DNA from: Gordius albopunctatus
Taxonomy: Eukaryota
Length of the DNA stretch: 64,000 bases
Assembly: GCA_964276515.1 (NCBI GenBank)
Contig: OZ193909.1
Span: forward strand, 6,882,001 to 6,946,000
Direction: 5' to 3'
A program made the position numbers and the translations under genes. This document shows, piece by piece, positions 23,129-36,382 of the stretch (position 1 is the stretch's first letter; each line of letters opens with the position of its first letter). The notes below the pieces were generated by a model, which made no database searches, was not told the origin of the DNA, and saw nothing but the letters and a program-made list of their open reading frames with translations.

Positions 23129-23299
23129 CATGGGCGTAGCGTAGCCAGCATTGGACCTAGAGGGGGGGGGCAAAAATGATTTAGGGAGGGGCAAAATGAT
23201 CCTTTTCTAAAATTTAAGCCATAATTTTAATAAATCTCAACAAATTTTTAGATTTATAGGGAGGAAGCCCCCCCCCCTGCCCCCCTGGCTACACCCATG
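23129..23299. mobile_element. hAT-type MITE (CATGGGCGTAGCCA family)
   Basis: TIRs plus an 8-bp TSD (A/G)CTGTATT. Confidence 0.85.
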
Positions 23300-23705
23300 G
23301 CTGTATTTCTAATAAGTTTAGATCCATAATTGTTGCTTACAAGTAATTGTTAATTTACTGTAATATAGAAATTTTCCCATTTTATTTGGAGATAAATAAA
23401 TCACAAATTTAAATGGCCAAGTTTATCAAATTAACGATAAATCAATTCGAAAATTAATAGGGATGGATGTCTAATACTTCTACCTATGCAATCATATGTA
23501 AAATTCTTCTCATATCATACAATATATGTTTTAAAGTAGCAATTTTAATTTTTTGGGAGATTTTATTGTTATATTAAAACATTGTTAATACTAAAAAAGT
23601 CTACGTTTGACTGTATTAATATATAGAACACAATCAAGGTTAAAATATTAAAGGCGAGACAGTCTAAAAACTGTATGATCGAAAAGATATATTGTAAAAT
23701 TGACT

Positions 23706-23860
23706 TAGAGACCTGCAACGGGCCTGTTTAGGTCAGTTGGCCCGCCCGTAATAAAAAGTTCAAAGCCCAGACCCGGCCCGGACCCGTCAAAATATTAAAT
23801 TATAAGCCCGGTCCCGGCCCGCAAATTTTACACAAAGCCCGAGCCCGGCCCGGGCCCGTA
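23706..23860. mobile_element. hAT terminal fragment with GCCCG subterminal repeats
   Basis: AGAGACCTGCAACGGGCC followed by repeated GCCCGG motifs; similar in style to 56220-57225. Confidence 0.55.
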
Positions 23861-24247
23861 AATATATTTTTATTTCTATATGTATTTTTATATTTTTTTT
23901 ATCGATATGGTAAACAATATGTATGTGTTAAAAATGTTGATAAAAATACTGTAGAAATAATAAATAGGTAATTTCCGGTCAGTCGAGTTTTTTTATCCTT
24001 TAAGAAACCACCTACATGATAATTTTTTTACAAGTGGCACTTTGGGATACCTAAAACCTTATGAGCCAAACAAATTTTCAAAACCCTTAATTAAGGTTAG
24101 AATGTTTTTAATAAAGTTACTTGGTTTCTTTGCTTTTATATCATTTTAAATAATTAGGTTATTGATATAAAATGAAAACTTAGTGATATTTTATAAAAGT
24201 AACTTGAAGAAATAAATTTTAGAATTTGTTTTTAAATTTATTACTGA

Positions 24248-25607
24248 CTAGCTGTGCCCGGCCAAGCGTTGCTTTGGCTTAGTACTTATTTGGCTAAATA
24301 ATTGGTACCTATCAATAGAAAATATATGAAAGAATTTGGGTCAGCTGAAAGAGAGTTTGGAGTGACAAAAGTGTTTATAAACCACTAATATACAAAAGTC
24401 AATGATAATGTTTAACAATGATGATAATGTTTGACAATTCAGAGATAAATTTTAGTAAAGCGTGTATAGTTGTGTATCGTCATAGCCTAAAATCTACAGT
24501 AATAAAATGAAGAGATAGTAGAAAAACACATTAAAATTTGGTTTAATGAAGTCGTTTACAATCTATCAAACCCCTGAGTAAACACTCAAAAGTGTTGGAA
24601 TGGCCCCCTGTCCGAGTGCCTCTTAAAGTCTCTTATTTATGGCGCTTCGGCAGAGGAACTTCCAGCGCTTAGGAGCTTAGCTCCACGCTCAGGTCAAGAA
24701 TGACCCAAAGCTTTCCCAAGTCGTAACCTCGGTCTACTATCATCGAACAACGATATCCGAGGCCTAAGATTAGGACAAAATAGTTGCTAAACAAATTTCT
24801 TAACTTTGCAATAATTCCCTAAAATCAAATGGCCATCATGGTCTACACTGTAATAGCAACAAAGCCCGGTATCTTTGACATACCGCGGTTAACAAACTTA
24901 TCTCACAGTCCTCTGTGAAGATAGCAAACAACCCGTTGGCCAATCTATAGGCGCTTGGGAAAAAGGAGTCATTTTAGCATGGGACTATAGATGTACTGAC
25001 GTATTCGCCCCATCTTATCACAACAAATATCCCCTGTCCACTCGGAAATTTTCAATTACTCTGAAATTAACAATACTATAATTTTTGGTTCCATTGCAAC
25101 AACCACCCTAACAACCTTTGGCCCCCAAGCCTTACAAATTAAGAAAATAGGGAAAGTTGTAATATAAAAAAATTTCGTAAAAATAGCAAAAAAGCACGAA
25201 ACGTGTGAATGTTTCTGAAAGCGCGCGTTATATTTATTTAAGTATATGGTGATGTATTACGGTATCTAGAATATTTATTTGTTACAAATTTATATATTAT
25301 AAAAAAACGGGCGTATTTGAGTAAAATATTGAGACACAAATGACAAAGCAATCATGGAACAAAGTTTAAGGCAAAAAGTAGCACCATAACGATAAATAAG
25401 TAGAAACAACGCAATATAAATAATCCGCTAGATGGCGCCAATCAAATTAAAAAACATGGTTCCCGCTGTCGTAGTGTGATAAAAAGTGTTTACAAACCAT
25501 CTACAATGCTAAGGCAATAATCTGGCCAAATTTGGTGGCAATCGGTTGAGAACTTCAAAAGTTATTAGCGCACAAAAAAACGGTACTTAGATTTTTATAT
25601 ATATAGA
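24248..25607 (-). mobile_element. Non-autonomous Helitron family A copy carrying a CRE retrotransposon fragment
   Basis: 5' TC at 25607 and 3' hairpin+CTAG at 24248. Internal 24570-25150 translates on + as LRSLAPRSGQE.PKAFPSRNLG..LRLG, CNNSLKSNGHHGLHC and AWEKGVILAWDYRCTDVFAPS. Confidence 0.88.
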
Positions 25608-25959
25608 TAATGTGTATAAAATTTGGGAGAGCCCATAAATTGCATAGAAATTAATATTAATATTATCAAATTAATTCACACAATATTGCTAGAGGGTTTA
25701 GATGGGGAGGAAAGGATGGGCAGCTGTCCCCCTCCAAATCCAAAAATTCTTGATGTAAAAAAACATTTTTTGCCCTATCTAAACTGCCCCCATCTAATTT
25801 AAATTGGCTTCGCCCATGGGATCACTTGTAAAAACTATCTTTAATTTTTATAAACGGGTTGAGATATTGATGAATTAATGAACTAGGATGAAAATAAATT
25901 CAAGTCTCTAAATTGACTGTAAATATAATTTATTTTTAAGAAAATGAATCTTAAATACA

Positions 25960-28055
25960 TAGGGGAGACCGGGCCTAGTAGTAGTCCGGGGTTACTATTA
26001 TCTTTCTAATTATTTTTAAAAATAATAATGATATTAAATCAAAATTTAAACCATATGTGTATTTTTCATCAGGTATAAGAAAAAAAATTGTTAGAAAAAA
26101 TAAAATTTAAATTTTTTATTGAGAAAAAACGAATTTTCGGGGCTATTAGTAGCCTTTACAAAATTTTTATTTTGCACATAAAATTTTTTTGGATGAATAT
26201 TTTGGGTTAATTTAACTTTTATCTTATAAAGAGAGATTTTTATATAAAAACTGTCTAATGATTAAATTTTTATATGCAATATAACATCTTAAATTATTAA
26301 TTGTTTATGAAAATAGGGGTCGGGGCTAGTCGGAAAGTGGCTATTGCTAGTCATTTTTCATTGCGTTTTACAAATGACAAGATTTAAAAAAACAAAAAAT
26401 TTTGTTTAATAATCTAATTTCGTGTTATTTGGAATAGAAATAGAATATGATTATACATTATAAAACGCCTAAAACATTTTTTCCATTGCTAAATCCGTCT
26501 TTTAAATGTTCTTAAGTCAGATTGTCACCGTGACCCATTTTTATTTATTTTATATAAAATACAATCATTTTACATTTGCCTTTTCTACATTTTTTTTTAT
26601 AATGAAACAATCTTTTTATTCATTTTATTTAGCATACACTAGAAACCCACATAAAATCCGTCATGGAATCCACCCTCAACTTATCATTCGATACAAACAC
26701 CTGGCTACAAGCCACATTACCAACAAAATCTGGAGGCCTGGAAATTTGTTCACCAAGCTCCTTATCATTGGCCTCATTCATATCCTCCCTCCCACCTTTC
26801 TTCAAAATCCATTGTAGAAAAATTAATCCCATACCCCTCCGATGAAACATTCGTCAAGGCCCTATCCCTCTGGAACTTTAATGTTATTCCAGAAACCTCC
26901 TATCCACAAACATCCATTCAAAAAGATTGGGATGCTTGTTTGGTTTCGCGCTCCGTTGCTCACCTACTTACGAGCAGCGATACCAAACAACATTACAACC
27001 TTCGGTCATTGGTGTTTGATAAATCTGGCCACAAATGGCTTGAGGCTTACCCCAGTAAATTTTCAGACATGATGTTGGAGGACTCCGAGCTATCCTACAG
27101 TATAGCTCTACGCCTTGGCATCAAATACACCAAACCATATGCATGTAGGAATTGCGACTTGCCAGTTGACGAAGAAGCCCGTCATCCATTACATTGCAGG
27201 TTAAACAAATTCAGACACATACGACACTCTAAAATCAACTCCATCATCCAGTCAGCCCTTAAAAAGGCTAAAATCCCGTCCATTCTTGAGCCCTCAGACC
27301 CCTCTCTTGAGGGTCGAATGCGCCCTGATGCCTCCTCACTTGTGCCTTGGGAAAACGGTGTATTCTTAAAATGGGACACTTTACATGCATCGATTTGTTT
27401 GCCCCTTCAAATCTCAATTATGATCCAATGGCCCTCGCCTAGGGGCGCAAATTAACAAAATACAAGGCCCTTCTAAACTCAAGTATTTTTATCCCCATAG
27501 TTTCATCCTGCTCCGGCTCTTATGGGAAAATGGCATCAGCCTTTTTTAAAGAAATAGGCGGACGATCTCCTCCTTCTAAATATTCTCCCCCATTTCTATT
27601 AAAACAATCAATTGCGATTTTAATCGCAAAATTCAACTTTAAATCCTTTTTGGATTCTTGTCCTTCGTTGAAAGAGGAAGATGAAGATATATTAGCTATT
27701 TAACGCTCTTATTTAATTTTTTTTAATATACTAAATTTGTATCACATTTTACCGTATTATAATTAGCCATATATTAATAAACTTTTTATGGAAAAAAAAT
27801 AAGAAGTGAAAACGTCAGAGTTAATCTATGGGCTATGACTAGCCCCGGCCATTTTTGAAATTTTTTGGATTTTTGTTTTTTTTTAAACTTAATTTGTGAG
27901 AAAACTATAACTTATTTTATTTCCCTCCAAATTTTTTTCCTAAAGTAAGAATAAACCTTAAAAATATATTTCAACAAAAAAATTGGAAAAATAATTTTTA
28001 GTTTTTTTATAACGCGATTTAATTTTTTATGGCTAAAGTAGCCACGGTCTCCCTA
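25960..28055. mobile_element. TIR MITE (TAGGGGAGACCG...CGGTCTCCCTA) hosting a CRE insertion
   Basis: Terminal inverted repeats and internal GGGGCTAGT / ACTAGCCCC motifs on both sides of the CRE fragment. Confidence 0.65.
26630..27800 (+). mobile_element. 5'-truncated CRE-clade non-LTR retrotransposon (3' half)
   Basis: TWLQATLPTKSGGL; WLEAYPS..LRLG; CRNC..HPLHC..RH knuckle; RPD and PWENG..WD (RLE); AATAAA plus A-tail at ~27776-27799. Same family as 15559-17240. Confidence 0.88.
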
Positions 28056-28959
28056 CTTACATATTTGTTGAAGAAAGTTTGAAAAATATGGTATAAGCAT
28101 GTAATCATAATATGATATTAAGAAATAATGGGGGATAGGACAGGGGGAATTTTTTAAATTTTAATAAATTTTTTGTTAAAGACCTGATTTATTTTTCAAT
28201 TTAGGGGCGAGACATCTGCCCCTTCCTATCATTAATTAAATTAATTAAATGATGTAATGATATGAGATTACGTGCATATATAATGTGTTATACCAAAATA
28301 AAACGAAATATATGGTCTTGTGATATAAAATTTTATTTGAAACATTACTCTACGGTGATGTTTAAAAATATTTATCAAACAACCTACGCTTGAAGGAGCT
28401 GCTTGATTGATTAAATCGATATTAATTTTGCCACTTGCAGATTTAAAAGGAGATTTAGTGTGATCCTAACTATCACGATAAATATTTTCTTTATATTAAT
28501 AAACCAATGAAAAATATAAGCGAAATTCTGTTTAAGAACTGTTTAAATTTATGTAAAACTTATCAAAGTTTAAATTATTCCCTGGACGGTTTCAGTGTTT
28601 TGAGAACTATAATAGGAATATAATGAATTTTAAATAAAATAAAATATTGATAAAATAAAAAATTTGTGTCATGAATGTTAAAAAACCTTTCCATTTTAAT
28701 CAATATGTTTCGGTAAATATGAAAGTTCGCACAAAAAAATTGGAAAGATTTGAACTCTTTTTTGCACATGATAATCATTTAATTTAGTATATAAAAAATA
28801 ATTACACGAATAAAAATTGTGAAACAATTAAATGTATTAATTATTTCTGCTCAACTACGGCCTTATAGAGATTATCCTTATTATTGGATAAAACTACATA
28901 GCGAAAAATGCAAAGTTTTTTTATCTAATCATCTCGGGGGGTTTGTGTAAGGATGTGCC

Positions 28960-31900
28960 TGCCCTTCTAGCCAATATATTGATTATGAATTAATTTCCCG
29001 AGATCACAAATAGGTCCAACATATTTTTATTGCTGGTTCCAGGCTCAAGGCCATGCTCAACACCATTAGTCCATGCCGATTGGAATCTCTTAATTATCGT
29101 TGTAATTTGTTATCAATTATAAATTATTTTGAAATCAATAAAATTGAATGCTTGTTTGGCTATTAATATAAGAGCTCTTTTTATAGAATTCCATCAAGTC
29201 AATCTATCAGTCCCTAGGCGCTAGGTTTTGTCATAAAAATTATTAATTTTGCAAACACACCAATATAGTCCTCAACAATCTTGTCTATATCGTGCACTCT
29301 TCATCCTGGCCATTATGGAACCTGATTATAATAATTAGGGGCTAAAATAGCACGGAATTCAAGGACAGAGACAAAACTTGACATACATTATTGTAGAAAT
29401 TTTGGCAACTTTTGGAATCAAAATTACTCTCTACCCGATTAAACAAGCAATTATGATTTCTTAGGCTTATATCGTCGATAAATTGATTTTTGGAGCTGTT
29501 CTCTCTGTGGAATTTATTAATTTTGACCTTATTGTATATAATAACGCCTAAAATAAATCGGTTATTGGCTTTATTACAAAATTGTGGACCTTCAATTTGT
29601 ATAGGTTTTATCATCGATAACCTTAATAAGCGCTTGCTAAGCCTTTTATTATTTTGATATTGTTCGGATATTTTGGTAAAATCAAAGGGTTTTATAAAAA
29701 TTTTAAACTAGAAAAAAATGTCAATATAGTCAAGATTCTTGCTGTTTTTAATTTGATATAATTATACTGCCTCCTTGATTTTTAAAATTAAAACTAATAA
29801 GTTTCAGCTATAAATTATCGCTGCATATGTATCATATGCACAAACACAAGTCCTACAATTAGTTTATTTGATATATTAACCCATAGGGGTTAATTATATG
29901 AGTGTAGCTCAATGGACAACACACCTTACCGCTTCACTGTGATTTAATTAAAAGCTGCTCATCCTTTTAAATTAACCATTATTTTTTGGAATAGACTAGA
30001 GTGAGAATAATATCAAATTCCAACCATATTCACCCATAAATTAATATTAAATAGCGATGGAAATGATCAAAAAAAGCAACGCGGTTGTAACAGGAGATCA
30101 TTTCCCATGTGCGTAGCAAATTTATTCATAGTGCTAACCATTTAAAGGGGAGATTAAGTTTGATAAGGGGTAAATTGATGACATTAATAAATGGCGAGGC
30201 TCCGTTAAATTGAGCTGTCCACTTGTATTAGAGAGAAAAAGTATAAAAATCTAAATGACCGGGGAGCTCAAGTTTGATATTGGTATAGTTACGGAACAAT
30301 GGTGTCTTTTTTGAGAGTATGCGAGGGGTCTTTTGGCATAATTTATGCAATTCCCAAGCCAAACATCTATTTACAAGACGGATAATATATAAATTCATAA
30401 TTTTGGCTCCTTTCAAGCGTCAACAAAAATTGGCAATATATTCGGACAAATTTATCATGCATATCATTTTGCTGTACCAACAATTTTATTATTAGTCCCT
30501 TAAAAAGTTTTTATTGAATCCAGTCTATACTTAAAGCAACGGGAAGAATAAACATTAGTAGGTACTTAAGGACAAACGACGACCTTTTATATTCTAATCT
30601 GTGAAACAATTGATTGATAAAACTATAACAAATACAAGGTCAGACGTGTGTAAAGAATATTAATAAATATGTAATGTAGAAGATATAAATGATGTTTTGA
30701 TGCATTCTAATATTAAAAGGTGTGCCATCTATCTATTATTTTAGTCACAGCAATAGGAAAAGAGTATATGTTCCCTTGGGAAATTAATGAAACTAAATAT
30801 ACATAGCGAATAAGCAGCTCACACATTAAACTAGAGTATTTTTATAATAGTGTTTAAAACATTACATATAGGTTGTGTATTTTACAATCTATAATTGGAT
30901 GATTTCAACTACAAATTTATTGCTTGACTATGACTACTTCTCCAAAATTTGAATGGACCAATAAAACTAACTAAAATTGTAAATAAACTACTATAGTAAA
31001 TTTGGTACGTTTAGACTTAGTTTTTATTCGATTTAAATTATTAACATTTAGAAATTAAAGGTGGACAGAATACTTCTGTATAGATTCATTTAAAGTAATT
31101 CGCTGTTGACAATTAAAATCTATTCTTACTAATTTTGTATAAGTATTGCATATTATTAGAAAAGGCTAAACAAATTGCCCCTGTAATTATGTTTCAAAAT
31201 AAACTCTTTTCAGAAAATCGCTAAAATGCGACAACGCACTGTCCGGTGCCATGGTGTTTTAATCAATCAAGTGTCCCCTACTTCCCAGTTAAATCGACAA
31301 ATTGCTAATCAGCATCAATGGGCCTAAGTGGCTCCTTTGATTACAGCTGTTATTGACCACACTCGTATATAAATTGATTGTTTCTCAACATATCCTCAGC
31401 CTAGGGCTCGTATGCCTCGGTTCTAATACATGCAAAATGGTGGACAACATGAGTGGTGGATGCAGTGAAAAGTCATTGAATACAATTGTTGAACCGTTGG
31501 AGCAGATAGTTAAGGCTAATGAGCCGTAAAAATGCGCCGAAGGTTTATTATTAATGCACGAGTCTTGAGGGAATAGTCAATGATGGTATGGTTTTGGTTA
31601 TCATAAATAAAAGGCAGGCAGGCAGGCGTATGCTGAAGCAAAAAATTATATTGATTCGTCACTTAAGCGCATGCCTCTTCCGATCCCAAATGTTACTAAT
31701 TTCTAAGCCATTAAAAACTATCTTTGATCAGTGTTTGTAAGTTTAAAAAGGAAATTTTTGCATAAATCTAAATATAAATGCTGCATGGCGAAGGATGAAT
31801 ACCAAATCGAAATTATGGACTAATTTTGATTTGGGAAAAATATAGGATCTAATCAAGTTTATTTGTATGCCAATGGCATGTAAAACAAGCAAGGCACTTG

Positions 31901-32050
31901 TATAAGAAAATGTTTAAACGAAGGAACACCAATGATCATGACTATTGAAAAGAGGCCTAGGTTTAGTGGATATTTAATTAAATACTTATTAAGGCAAAAC
32001 ACTTTGACGATCCGCTTCTTGGATGCCATTTGTAATGTGTTTCGCATTAT
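28960..32050 (-). mobile_element. Possible highly decayed non-LTR retrotransposon sequence
   Basis: Only weak remnants, e.g. RVILIPK at ~29410-29440, and raised GC; no intact motif set. Confidence 0.3.
30772..30781. promoter_or_regulatory. Perfect COE/EBF (UNC-3/Collier) motif TCCCTTGGGA
   Basis: Matches TCCCNNGGGA within the palindrome TTCCCTTGGGAA, ~5.6 kb upstream of the VAChT ATG. Function is inferred only. Confidence 0.35.
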
Positions 32051-35000
32051 AATTTATAGCTAAATAATTGCTTCATCGACATTACGAACGTCATCAAATT
32101 AGTTCAAATTTACCTTATAAAGCTCTGAAAGAACAAAGATCACAATGGAAATCGTTAAATCCAACACGATATCCATACACGGATCAATGCCATCCGTTTA
32201 GTTATAGCGCGTTTTTATATTTTTTTAGTCGTGTATGTAATTTTTTTATCTTAAATGATGGGAAAACGTTTTACAATGATAAAATATTATATAATAAACA
32301 AAGTTTAATTATGCAGTGGAAAAACTTTATAAAGATCCAACCATAACATGAAATAAGTATACCTCACCCTATTAATTTAGCACTCAAACATACCTATAAA
32401 AACTTTAAAGTCTCACTTAGCTAGATTTAATATGTAAAAAACTAACAATTTTTAAGATTTGAACAATTTATTATAATTACGAAATTATATGAGTGGGTGA
32501 CAATATTGTGGTGAAAATTGATTTATCTAAAGGTTATAATGTTTTTAAGTGGTCAAGCATGCCTAGAATACTAATGCCCATTGATCATCATTGCCCACTG
32601 TGTCTCTAATTATTACTTTAACGTTGTAGGTTATAGAAAAACGTTTTTTAACTTATATATAATTCGATGAGCAGCAGCAGCATTTGTTTCAACAGTTATA
32701 TTTCGGAAAAACGTTACTACAAGGCTTTTTTAAATAATGTATACAATTTGATATGAGTTTTTTTATTAAAACATATTGTAATAAATTTTATTAAAAACGT
32801 ATAATACTTAATCTTTAACATAAGTCTCGATATTATTCTTAAATTAAGATCAAGCCAACAAAATACACGGGCTAAATTAAAATCGAATCCTATAACTAAA
32901 TTGAAATTTTAAATTTAATAAAAAATACCATGATCGAAACAAGATACAATCACAAAAATATTTTATTTGTACCTACTAGAAAATACACTAGAATTTATTT
33001 TTAGAACTACATTTTAGGCTTAAAATAATAGTGTTAGGACTAAATATGATTAAATTTTCTAGAATATTTTAAAACGTTTTTTATTAAAATGATTAACGTT
33101 TTAACTAAATACAAGAAGCTGTTTTAATTAGAAAATATAAATTTTTATATTAGTCCAAAATTGAACGTTGTTTAACATAATTTTGACGGAAAAGTTAATT
33201 TATAACTATTTAATTGAAGTAACTATAAATTAAAAATTGTGCGATGTTTTTAACAAGATCTATTTTCGATAATTTATGTAAAAAAGTTTAATTAATCATT
33301 TGCTTCGATTCGAGCTTATGTGTTTTAAAAATCATTTATTATTTGTTATTCAAAAATAAATTTAAAAAAACTTAGAAAATACTGCGATGTAGGTTAAAAC
33401 AGAAAATTATTGACCAATGAGGGATCTCAAAGTGATTGAAAAATATTGATTGGCCAGTCTCAAACTCCGATAAAAAATCGATGGAATGTCAATCAAGTCA
33501 AAAATATCAAGACTAATATTCTTTTCGAACCCAATATTAAATTTTGATCCGCAACTATATCATTAAATTTGTGCGTGACTTTCAGGACAAAAGTTAACCC
33601 ATTAAATTTTCAAAAGCACCTTATTATACATTGAAGCTACCAATTATTTTGCTAAAAAAGGCAAAAAAATACATACTTGATTCTTTAAAAGTTGAATACT
33701 ATCTAAATATAAGAATCATCAAATTGACAGATGAAATTACTGACAATAAATATCATGCATAAAATCAATAAAATTGTGAAATAATTTCGGATAATTCACG
33801 TTTTAATCTATAATTGATAATAGTGTAAAATATTTGAAATACACCGTGCTCCTAGCCAGATATTTACCACCTTGAACACGCCTATCTAGGAACTTGGACT
33901 TAGAAGTAATTAATCTTTTAAAATATATAGATAGTTTTTGTGTTAATTAAAAAACTTTTTGAAATTTTGGCATTTTTAATGTTTAATTAATTTTATCAAG
34001 TATGCAGCATGTTGATTTAAGCATGAAAACTTATTAGAGCTTAAATGTAAAATGTCCCCTAGTCCCCTCAATAATTTGAAAAGTTTAATTAAAATAGGAT
34101 TTATAAGTTAAAGTACCCCTGTCAAGACTCACTTCCTTGTATTATACTTTTTGATATATTAAAACTTTCATTGTCCTGAAATCATAAATGTGTAGCAATT
34201 TTAAAAATATTTTTAAAGGCAAATGCTGAAATTATTATTTTGTGATAACCATATTGTTAGTGTTACCGGGATTTGTTTACCATAATTTTTTACAACATTC
34301 CAACGTATTATTTAAATTTATTATTATTTGCTTCTGTAAAATAAAAAATTTATTAAAAAACTTTCTTTTTAGAGAGTTGTTGATTTTTTGATTATTTTAT
34401 ATATAAATTGACAAGATCTATAATGTAAAGTGTGAAAAAGTGGAATAAAAACTTTGATCAATTTGTTGAAATATCATTGACCTAAGGACGCCCAATCGGA
34501 TATAGAGTTAATTAATTTTAGCCAGCAAACAATAGTTCACACCTATCTCTCCTATGTTACATATCCATAAAAGACGAACTAAATTAATTTTTTATACCAT
34601 TCAAATTTGCACCCGTTTTAAGTGACTTCCTACTTTAATCTAAATTAAATTTCAAAATATTTAACACTCCGTCTCATTTTTTGTGATAGGATTAATATCA
34701 CAAAGTTCCCAGCTTATGTAAGTTCAAATAAGATTTTATAATAAATAAAAACCACATTTTTTGGCGTCACGATTAATTTCTAAGCATAGTTCAATATAAG
34801 TTACTGCAACTTCAGGCCAATTATAATCACTTAAATCAGCTTTGTAGGAAGGAGGCGCAAAATGTTAATAATGACCACATTTAGGTGATAATTTGCGGGG
34901 TTAATTTTAGTGTTTTTTAAAAATTGTACATAGCCTACAATTTAAAATGAGCGTGCAGTTCGAGAGTGGACTTTACATTAAACAGGTGACATTTCTACAT

Positions 35001-36382
35001 CTCTGGCATATATATGAGTATACACTATCGTTTGGCTAGTCCCTTTGATTATTTTGACTCCATTCTCACCTCCCCGAATATTTTATTCCATTGTCGCGTT
35101 GTCGAATAGATCTATATCCTAGCCCCAATTTGCAACGCAAGTGTTAATTTGGGACGCTCAATATGAACAAATTTACACCTGATTCTGTGATTTTAAATTA
35201 GTAGATGAAAGGATTCAAACTTTGATACACTAAAAATTATTCCTGCAGGGTTGGGATGCTTATAAAAGGTAAAGCTCCATCTATAGGATGTTAAATTATT
35301 AATAAATCAACGATTTCTATAATTTTCGGCATTAACCTATATAGCAAACACATTTGTATTTAGTGAAAGATATGATATATGTTTAGCTATTCTAATTTGA
35401 TAAATTATGTGAACTATTTATAATAACATAACAAATCATCTTATTTAGTTGTTAGAGAACTTTTAATTAAAAATTGCATATAGGATCGTAAACTTTGTAA
35501 TTTATCTAAAAATTTGAGCAACAAATTATCAATACTCTATACCATACTTTCAAGGAATCCTTCTGATTAATTTTTTTAATTTAGCTGAAAGCGTCGAAGG
35601 TTTTTAATTAATATAATAGAACCATTGATGAGATATCTCTTTAATATACTCAATATCGGCTCCCTTTGTATAATCAATCATCATAGAGATTCCTAAACAA
35701 ATCATATTTAAGTCACAGTTTTTTGCATCAATTTTTATTTTTTTAATGGACTAGGAATCAATGATTAAGGCAGAATTATTTATTATAATGTCTAAAATAA
35801 TAAACAACTAATTTATATGAATATTAAATCATAGCATTTCACAATCTTTATTTGGCAAATTGGATCTAAAATTACGGTGAAATTTTCGCTTCAAAAGCTT
35901 TTGCCTAAATTTACTAAGGATGGAAAAATATTTCATGCTTTTACTTATTATTTACGACCGATCATTAAAATTAATTGGTCAGGAGCTTTTTATATCCATT
36001 TCTATATTTTGCTCATTAGATTTTTGAATGAGGTGACAAACCAAGGACAAATAATTCAAAAATTTTAATTATACTTTCAAATATAATGAAGCTTAAAATA
36101 GCCATGTTGCGTTTGAATCAATTTAAATTTATTTTCAAATAAACTCTTTGCTAATGCTTGATGTTACATGCTAATTATGTTATCGACCGTGTGTAATAGA
36201 GCCGAATTTAGTGTTTTTCTATTTTGTAATAATGTTCAGAGTGATGTTTCGTGTCTTATGATTTTGATCTTTTGAGGTTTATTTAAATGTTTTTTGTTTT
36301 GTTTTATATCCTCTAGAATTTTTGCTGATTAAGGAACCTCTCCAAAAATTATAATAAGATCCAAAATTCAAATTCAAGAACT

